From assembly GCA_035496475.1 (NCBI GenBank), contig DATJEP010000030.1:1-59022 (forward strand): a DNA stretch of 59,022 nt. Reading direction: 5' to 3'. Shown here piece by piece: positions 53,638 through 59,022 of this stretch. The notes below the pieces were generated by a model that was not told the origin of the DNA, did no database searches, and was given only the letters and a program-made list of their open reading frames with translations. The translations under genes were made by a program, and so were the position numbers. How positions within the stretch are numbered: the stretch's first letter is position 1; each line of letters opens with the position of its first letter. The DNA comes from Candidatus Udaeobacter sp. Lineage in GTDB: Bacteria > Eisenbacteria > RBG-16-71-46.

Positions 53638-54606
53638 CTAGAAGAGGTACGAAGAGCCGAAGCTGAATTCGATGTTGTGATTGGTGACGCGCGCGTCGGG
53701 AGGACCGGTCTTGAAGCGGAAATCACGCACTTCCCACCGCACCGCGGTCCGCTTCGAGATGAACAGCGCGGTGCCGCCGCCGAAGTTGAAGCCGGGCTCG
53801 GTCTCGCCCTGCATCATCGAGGCGCCGATGCCGCCGCTCACGAACGGCACCATCTGCCGGCCCGGCAGCAGCTCCCAGACGCCGCCGAGGTAGTACGACA
53901 GCATGTGAAAGCTCTCCTCCTCGAGCGAGAGATCGAACAGCGACTCGACGATCTCGGCCGGGCGGCGCACGTGCGTCCAGGCGAGGCCGGCCTCGGCCTG
54001 CAGGCGATCGAACACGTAGTAGCCGAGTCTGCCGCCGAGAACGAGCGAGTTGGACTTGCGATCGAACGCGTAGGCGCCCCCGTAGCCGCCGATCACGAAG
54101 CTGCCGGTGCGCGAATAGAGACGAGGATTGGGCTTGAACTCGAGATCGGACAGGTCGTCGTATTCCTTGCACAGCGCGGAATGGATCCAGCCGGTCTCGG
54201 AATCGCTGAGGCGAACGTTGTACCAGGGACCGCTCTTGGCGATCACGGTGAACGTGGCCCCGCGCGGGTAGACCCCGGCGATGGCGAACGAATCGCCGGG
54301 ACCTAAGCGCACGACGTTGCGGTCCGAGTGCGTGAGCCGGACCTTGCGCGTCGTGTTGATGTGCGCATTCGGCGAGGCGGGAAAGGCCGCCGGATGGGGC
54401 GCGGTGACCGACGCCGCGGTCGGGACGCTGTCGGCGGGCGCCGTGGCGGCGCTGTCGATCGACGCGGTCACGGCGAGGCTGTCGACGGCACTCGCGGCGC
54501 CCGCCTCGCGCGGGAGCGCGGCGGCGAACGAGCCGGCCGCGATCAACAGCGCGAGGGTCGAGCGGCGCCCGGCTCCCACGATGGGATGAGGATCCCTGCG
54601 CTTCAT
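53638..54606 (-). CDS. SH3-domain plus outer-membrane beta-barrel protein
   Basis: Signal peptide, then a bacterial SH3-like segment (VRLGPGDSFAIAGVYPRGATFTVIAKSGPWYNVRLSDSETGWIH). This is followed by alternating-hydrophobic barrel strands ending ...GSSYLF. Confidence 0.65.
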   Translation of the reverse strand: MKRRDPHPIVGAGRRSTLALLIAAGSFAAALPREAGAASAVDSLAVTASIDSAATAPADSVPTAASVTAPHPAAFPASPNAHINTTRKVRLTHSDRNVVRLGPGDSFAIAGVYPRGATFTVIAKSGPWYNVRLSDSETGWIHSALCKEYDDLSDLEFKPNPRLYSRTGSFVIGGYGGAYAFDRKSNSLVLGGRLGYYVFDRLQAEAGLAWTHVRRPAEIVESLFDLSLEEESFHMLSYYLGGVWELLPGRQMVPFVSGGIGASMMQGETEPGFNFGGGTALFISKRTAVRWEVRDFRFKTGPPDARVTNHNIEFSFGSSYLF

Positions 54607-54619
54607 CGTGACATCCCTT

Positions 54620-55339
54620 TCAAGGCCGCGCGAAGATTCGCGCCAGCTCGAAGCGTGCGCTCCAGTCTCCGAACGACGTGCGTCCCTGCTCGATCGCGCC
54701 GCCCTGCCGGTGCGCGGTATCGAGCGCGAACATTTCCTGCTCGACGTCCACTCCCATTCGCCACGCGCCGCCGAGCGGCCGCCTCAGCGCCACGCCTCCG
54801 CCCACCGCCCATGCGTTGATCGGATCGAACGACACCTCGGTCGAGCCCGATCCCGACGGAATCGAGACCCGGTCCGGGTCGTAGCCGAGATGCAGGAGCC
54901 CGGTGCTGACCGTCGCCAGCGACTGGACCTGATGCCATTCCCACACCCGCGCGCGGGTCACGACCTCGAAGCTCGTGGCCTGCACGCGGGTCTGGTCGAT
55001 CGCCCCCGGAACGCCGATCGCTTGCGACGTCCCGGTGCGCACGAACCGGATCCCGGCCTCGAGCCGGCCAAAGCCGGCCATCGCCTCGCCGCCGAAGCCG
55101 GCCCGCGGCGTCACGCTCCACTGGTAATCGGCCAGTTTCGAATTCCATTGAGTCGAACCGCCGAGGGCACCGACCAAGAACCACCGGCGCGGCGTTTCGG
55201 ACGCGGCGGAGAAGGGGCCGGCCTCGCTCCGGGCCGGAGCGGCGGCCACGGCGGCCACCAGCAGCGCGGCTCCGAGGGTCGCGTGCGCGGGGCGGGCCCA
55301 CGCGCGCCCGGTCGCGAACGAAGCGAGCCCGGGGCGCAT
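54620..55339 (-). CDS. Small outer-membrane beta-barrel protein
   Basis: Signal peptide ...ALLVAAVAAAPARSEA, followed by amphipathic beta-strand periodicity. The start lies 2 nt after the upstream stop codon. Confidence 0.55.
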   Translation of the reverse strand: MRPGLASFATGRAWARPAHATLGAALLVAAVAAAPARSEAGPFSAASETPRRWFLVGALGGSTQWNSKLADYQWSVTPRAGFGGEAMAGFGRLEAGIRFVRTGTSQAIGVPGAIDQTRVQATSFEVVTRARVWEWHQVQSLATVSTGLLHLGYDPDRVSIPSGSGSTEVSFDPINAWAVGGGVALRRPLGGAWRMGVDVEQEMFALDTAHRQGGAIEQGRTSFGDWSARFELARIFARP

Positions 55340-55341
55340 GA

Positions 55342-56022
55342 TCAGAACGGCCTCGGCGCGACCGACAGGTTCATGCCGATCGAGAGGTACTCGTAGTCGG
55401 TCGACCGGTAGGGCGTGATCAGGATCGAATCCATCCCGTTCGCGAGCTCGATCTTGTCGCCGTGGGCGAGATAGCAGACCAGGAAGAGCCCGCGGATCGC
55501 CGCGCCGGAGGAGTCGGTGGCGGGCGCCACGCCCGCGAACGAAAGATTGATGCCCTGGATCAGGTGATCCCAGCCGGTCACGGCGCGTATCCCGCGCCCG
55601 ACGCAGGTCGAATTCTGCAGCAGATGATCGATGTCCTCCGCCATCCGCTGGCGAGGCGCGTCGAGCCCGATCGCGACGTCGGATGGCCCGATGGTGCTGC
55701 TCGCGCGCAGATCGCAGACGAGGTAGCCGGTGATGATCGACCGGTAGGTGATCTGGGTCCCGACCTGGATCGACTCGCGGACCCCCGGCGTGATCGCCTG
55801 GTTCTCGGACAGGTTCGAGCTCCGAACGTCGATCCGCGTCCAGCGGTCCTCGATCTTCGGCTTGCCGAGGCAGCCGCCGAGGACGAGTGCGGCAACGCTG
55901 AGAACGAGCGCCGCCACGCCGCCGGCGAAACGCGGATGCGCCGGTCTCGTCCGGGTGGACGGGGCACCGCCCGGTCGCGCCGCCGCTTCGGCGGTCGCGG
56001 CTCTCCGCGTCCGCTCGATCAA
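55342..56022 (-). CDS. Lipoprotein, unknown family
   Basis: Lipobox ALVLSVAALVLGGC. The start is uncertain: a TTG at 56022 overlaps the upstream TGA (TTGA), and an alternative GTG is at 55917. The track ORF start at 56127 would overlap the upstream gene by 108 nt. Confidence 0.55.
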   Translation of the reverse strand: MIERTRRAATAEAAARPGGAPSTRTRPAHPRFAGGVAALVLSVAALVLGGCLGKPKIEDRWTRIDVRSSNLSENQAITPGVRESIQVGTQITYRSIITGYLVCDLRASSTIGPSDVAIGLDAPRQRMAEDIDHLLQNSTCVGRGIRAVTGWDHLIQGINLSFAGVAPATDSSGAAIRGLFLVCYLAHGDKIELANGMDSILITPYRSTDYEYLSIGMNLSVAPRPF

Positions 56023-57662
56023 CGGATCAGCACCATGCGGCGGGTGAAGCTCTCGCGGCCGACGTCGAGCCGGTAGAGATACACGCCGGCACGCGCGCGG
56101 CGGCCCCATTCGTCGCTGCCGTCCCACACCACTTCGTTGAGGCCGGGCGTGAACGAGCCGGAGAACGTCCGGACCCGCCGTCCCATCGCGTCATACACGC
56201 TGAGCGACACGCGCTCGCCGGAGGCCGGCAGGAGGAACGCGATGCGCGTAAACGAGGCAACCGGATTCGGAATGTTGCCGAGCAGCATGGTCCGGGCCGG
56301 TGCCGCCGCGCCGGCGCCGCTGGTCGAGAACTCGGTCTGCGCCACGTCCGACGGGCCATTCGCGTAGCTCGACACCGCCGAAACGCGGAGGATCAGCGCA
56401 TCCGCACCCCCGGCGCCGGCGACATCCTGGTCCTTGAGCGGCAACGTATGGACGCCGGCATCCATCACGCCGGCGCTGCGGCGGGCCAGCCAGCGCCCGG
56501 TCGAGACGTCGAGCACTTCGATCGAGACGGTGGCGCGGTCCGAGAGCGTGAAGAACGCGGCGGGTCCGTTCTCGGTGCCGACGGTCAGCTTCGAGATCTC
56601 GAGGCCGAGATTCCAGCGGCGGATGCCGCTGGCTTCGGACCAGTTCTCGACCGACACCGCGACCGGCTGTCCGATCCGCGACACCGTTCCAGCGCGATGG
56701 TCGCGCACGTTCGCGAACGGCACGCGGAAGCTGTGCGGGCTCGAGAGTCCGTCGCGGATCTCGGCCACCGGGGTGAGGTCGGGCGCGAACTTCCGCACCA
56801 GCGCCTGGCGCGGCGCGCTGGCGTAGAGGTTGCCCCACTGATCGGTGTCGAGCGAGGTCAGGAGATCGGCGTCGAGCCGCGCGTCGGAGACCCAGCTCAG
56901 CGCGCCGGACTGATTGCGAAGGTGAACGATGCGATGGTTGTGCGCGTCGGCGACGTAGATCTCGGCGTTGTTGGCGCCTTCGGTCCGTCCCGCCGCGATC
57001 GCGAGAGGGCCGGCAAATCGGCCGGTGCCGCCGCCGAGGTCGCCGATCGTCGAGATCAGGCGCGCCCGCGCCGACTCCAGCGCATAGGACGCGATGCGGT
57101 TGCGTCCGGTGTCGGCGACATAGAGATAATCGTCCCCGTCGTGGAACGGCGTTCCGCCGTCCGAGTAGGCGACGTCATAGGGTCCCGAGAGCCCCGCGAT
57201 CTCGAAGATCGGCACCAGCTCGACGTCGCCGAATTCGGTCGAGGCCTGGAGCACGAGGATGCGGTTGTTGCCGGCGTCGGCGACGTAGACGCGATTGTTC
57301 TCGTCCACCGCCATGCCGCGCGGATTCGAGAGCGGGCCAAAGACCGTCCCCTGGCCGTCGAAGGCGCGCAGCGTGCGCCCGGACTCGCCATAGACCAGCC
57401 GGTTCCAGCGCGGGTCCGAGACCACCAGGAACTGCCGCGACTCAACGTAGGGGAAGCGGTCGTAGAGATCGACGTTCGAGATCGTGACGGTGGACCAGGG
57501 ATTCGCGAACAGGTCTCGACCGAGCTGGTCCCGCGTGAGCTTGCGCGTGAAGGAGTCGATGCCGAGCTCCGGCGCGATCGGCGACGTGCTGAAGGTGGCC
57601 GCAGGGACAGGCCGCGCCGCCGCCAGCGTCAGACCGAGGGCCAGTAGGATGAGTCGTCGCAC
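56019..57662 (-). CDS. NHL-repeat beta-propeller protein with a T9SS-type (FlgD-Ig-like) C-terminal sorting domain
   Basis: GGAGAGGAG precedes the GTG at 57662. Signal peptide MRRLILLALGLTLAAA. NHL motifs YVADAGNNRILVL, YVADTGRNRIASY and YVADAHNHRIVHL. CTD ...IPNPVASFTRIAFLLP...LSVYDAMGRRV...GVYLYRL...MVLIR. Confidence 0.8.
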   Translation of the reverse strand: MRRLILLALGLTLAAARPVPAATFSTSPIAPELGIDSFTRKLTRDQLGRDLFANPWSTVTISNVDLYDRFPYVESRQFLVVSDPRWNRLVYGESGRTLRAFDGQGTVFGPLSNPRGMAVDENNRVYVADAGNNRILVLQASTEFGDVELVPIFEIAGLSGPYDVAYSDGGTPFHDGDDYLYVADTGRNRIASYALESARARLISTIGDLGGGTGRFAGPLAIAAGRTEGANNAEIYVADAHNHRIVHLRNQSGALSWVSDARLDADLLTSLDTDQWGNLYASAPRQALVRKFAPDLTPVAEIRDGLSSPHSFRVPFANVRDHRAGTVSRIGQPVAVSVENWSEASGIRRWNLGLEISKLTVGTENGPAAFFTLSDRATVSIEVLDVSTGRWLARRSAGVMDAGVHTLPLKDQDVAGAGGADALILRVSAVSSYANGPSDVAQTEFSTSGAGAAAPARTMLLGNIPNPVASFTRIAFLLPASGERVSLSVYDAMGRRVRTFSGSFTPGLNEVVWDGSDEWGRRARAGVYLYRLDVGRESFTRRMVLIR

Positions 57663-57693
57663 GTTGAACTCCTCTCCCGGGAAATCCCGACGA

Positions 57694-58833
57694 TCAGAAT
57701 CGAATGTCGAGCTGCGTCGTGAGGATGTCGGCCGAGTAGTTGTTGCTGTTGAAATACCTCTGATATCCGCACTGAACCCCCATCCGGCGCAGCAGCGCCT
57801 GCTTGAGGTCGAGCGCGCTGAAGTCCACGTCCACGCCCACGCCGAGGAAATGCGACGAGAGCGCGGCCATCCGGTAGTCGCCGGTCAGATAGCCGTCGAC
57901 GCCGGTCGGACTCACATAGGTGCTGCGATAGAAATCGGCGCTGGTCTGCGTGTAGTAGCGGTACTCGTAGCTCGCGAACGCGCCGCGCGTGAGGTACTGG
58001 CTGAGCTTCGACTCGATCTCGTGCGAGTTGATGCCCCAGTCGTCGTTGTAGAACCGGTAGCCGAGCTTCAGGCTCGATCGGTTCGCGAAGTACTGGTTGA
58101 GCTTGAGGAACGCATCGCGGCGCTCGCGACGGTCGGGATGGCGCTCGGGAACGATGCTGCCGCCGGCGTAGACGTCGCGATACGGATTGTGCTGCAGCCC
58201 TTCGACGTGGTTGTACTCGACGCCGAATCGAAGCATCGAGTTGGGGCTGATCACGCGCGTCAGCACCGCGTTGCCGTGAAGCGTGGTCTTCGAGGCCGCC
58301 GCCGCGCCGTTGTCGTCGGCCAGCGGATGAATCGAGTCCCAGCCGTAGCTGCTGCCCACCGACAGGTTGGTCTGGGCGTCGAGCACGTCACGGGCGTAGC
58401 TCGCGGCCAGCTGCTGGCCGAGGTAATCCGCTTCGTCCGAGACGTAGTAGTCGACTTCCGCGCCCCCGCGCTTCAACCCTCCCTGCAGCTCGTTCCGCAC
58501 CTTCACGAAGTCCTGGAACGCGTTTCCCGAGATCGGGCGGCTCGCGGTCGTGATCGCGTCCACCGCCTGCTGGCTGCCGGGCGGCGCGCTGATCGCCGGC
58601 ACGCGCACGCGCTCGTTGTTCCAGTGCAGCGACAGCGACGAGTGGTCGTCGAGCGCGATCTTGTATTCGCCGATCGCCGAGCGCACTGCGACGTGCTTCG
58701 AGTCGGAGAAGTACTGCATCATGACCTGCGACTCCTGCTCGTCGATCCCGGGCGAGGCCAAGCTGGGTCCGATCCACACGGAGGAGATCCCCATGGCGAC
58801 GATGAGCGGGGCGAGCCCGCGCCTCAGTTGCAC
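57694..58833 (-). CDS. DUF3570-like outer-membrane beta-barrel protein
   Basis: Signal peptide, Tyr/Gly-rich strand pattern, and terminal ...QLDIRF. It is paired with an upstream DUF4266-type gene, as is usual for this family. The GTG start overlaps that gene by 10 nt. Confidence 0.6.
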   Translation of the reverse strand: MQLRRGLAPLIVAMGISSVWIGPSLASPGIDEQESQVMMQYFSDSKHVAVRSAIGEYKIALDDHSSLSLHWNNERVRVPAISAPPGSQQAVDAITTASRPISGNAFQDFVKVRNELQGGLKRGGAEVDYYVSDEADYLGQQLAASYARDVLDAQTNLSVGSSYGWDSIHPLADDNGAAAASKTTLHGNAVLTRVISPNSMLRFGVEYNHVEGLQHNPYRDVYAGGSIVPERHPDRRERRDAFLKLNQYFANRSSLKLGYRFYNDDWGINSHEIESKLSQYLTRGAFASYEYRYYTQTSADFYRSTYVSPTGVDGYLTGDYRMAALSSHFLGVGVDVDFSALDLKQALLRRMGVQCGYQRYFNSNNYSADILTTQLDIRF

Positions 58834-59022
58834 GCGCAGCCCCCGCCCGCGCCGCCGTTACCGCCGGTCGAGCCTTCCCGGGCATCGAGAGCCTTCGTGC
58901 GGCGTGCCGCCGCTTTCGCATCCGTGTCGAAGGACATGATTCGGTCGACGAGATGCTCGCGCTGGTAGACCGGAACGCTGGCGCAGCCGGTGGCGAGCGA
59001 CGACGAGAGAAGCAGCGCGGCG
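58824..59022 (-). CDS. DUF4266-like small lipoprotein (5' end beyond the window)
   Basis: My own reverse-strand translation gives ...ALLLSSSLATGCASVPVYQREHLVDRIMSFD...GGNGGAGGGCACN*. It has a lipobox plus a GGGC.CN C-terminus. Confidence 0.6.
   Translation of the reverse strand, partial: AALLLSSSLATGCASVPVYQREHLVDRIMSFDTDAKAAARRTKALDAREGSTGGNGGAGGGCACN

Overview
Very GC-rich bacterial chromosomal window. GC content was judged by eye and not computed. I found no rRNA, tRNA, CRISPR array, transposase or integrase. I support about 48 protein-coding genes. All product calls rest on motifs I recognise in the supplied translations, not on database searches.

Layout:
- 1-28.7 kb is mostly housekeeping and envelope genes: a 5'-truncated Ser/Thr kinase fused to a TolB-like propeller; rpmE-DUF1385-prfA-prmC; rho; lpdA heading an operon with a PP2C phosphatase, a MOSC protein, a histidine kinase, a sigma-54 response regulator and a YbbR-like protein; a doubled 5'-nucleotidase; an amidase; HtrA; an LpxH-like protein.
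- 28.7-36.5 kb holds an FN3 lipoprotein-DUF4384-PorV-like operon. Upstream of it lies a ~750-nt non-coding gap whose distal part (about 32.62-33.06 kb) is AT-rich and highly structured, followed by a 1026-aa TPR-GAF-AAA+ sigma-54 activator.
- 36.6-44.6 kb holds ArsR-Ppx, then rlmN with an NtrY/NtrX-like pair, followed by Omp85-DUF4390.
- 44.7-59.0 kb is one long minus-strand operon. Its core (OM barrels, a 1714-aa TPR giant, a TPR lipoprotein, a small protein and an AgmX/PglI-type TonB-like protein) mirrors the gene order of the Myxococcus Glt/Nfs envelope machines. It is preceded by an NHL protein with a T9SS-type C-terminal domain and a DUF4266/DUF3570 pair.

Most interesting signals:
1. The Glt/Nfs-like cluster in a non-myxobacterial-looking context.
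2. Each of the three sigma-54 activator loci has a near-consensus -24/-12 promoter beside it. One of these has no ORF downstream and instead a ~125-nt, terminator-capped candidate sRNA.
3. The structured intergenic region at 32.4-33.06 kb, which shares a terminator module with that sRNA locus.
4. Recurrent leaderless-type start contexts and one probable CTG start.

All regulatory and RNA calls are sequence-pattern inferences and need experimental or comparative confirmation.
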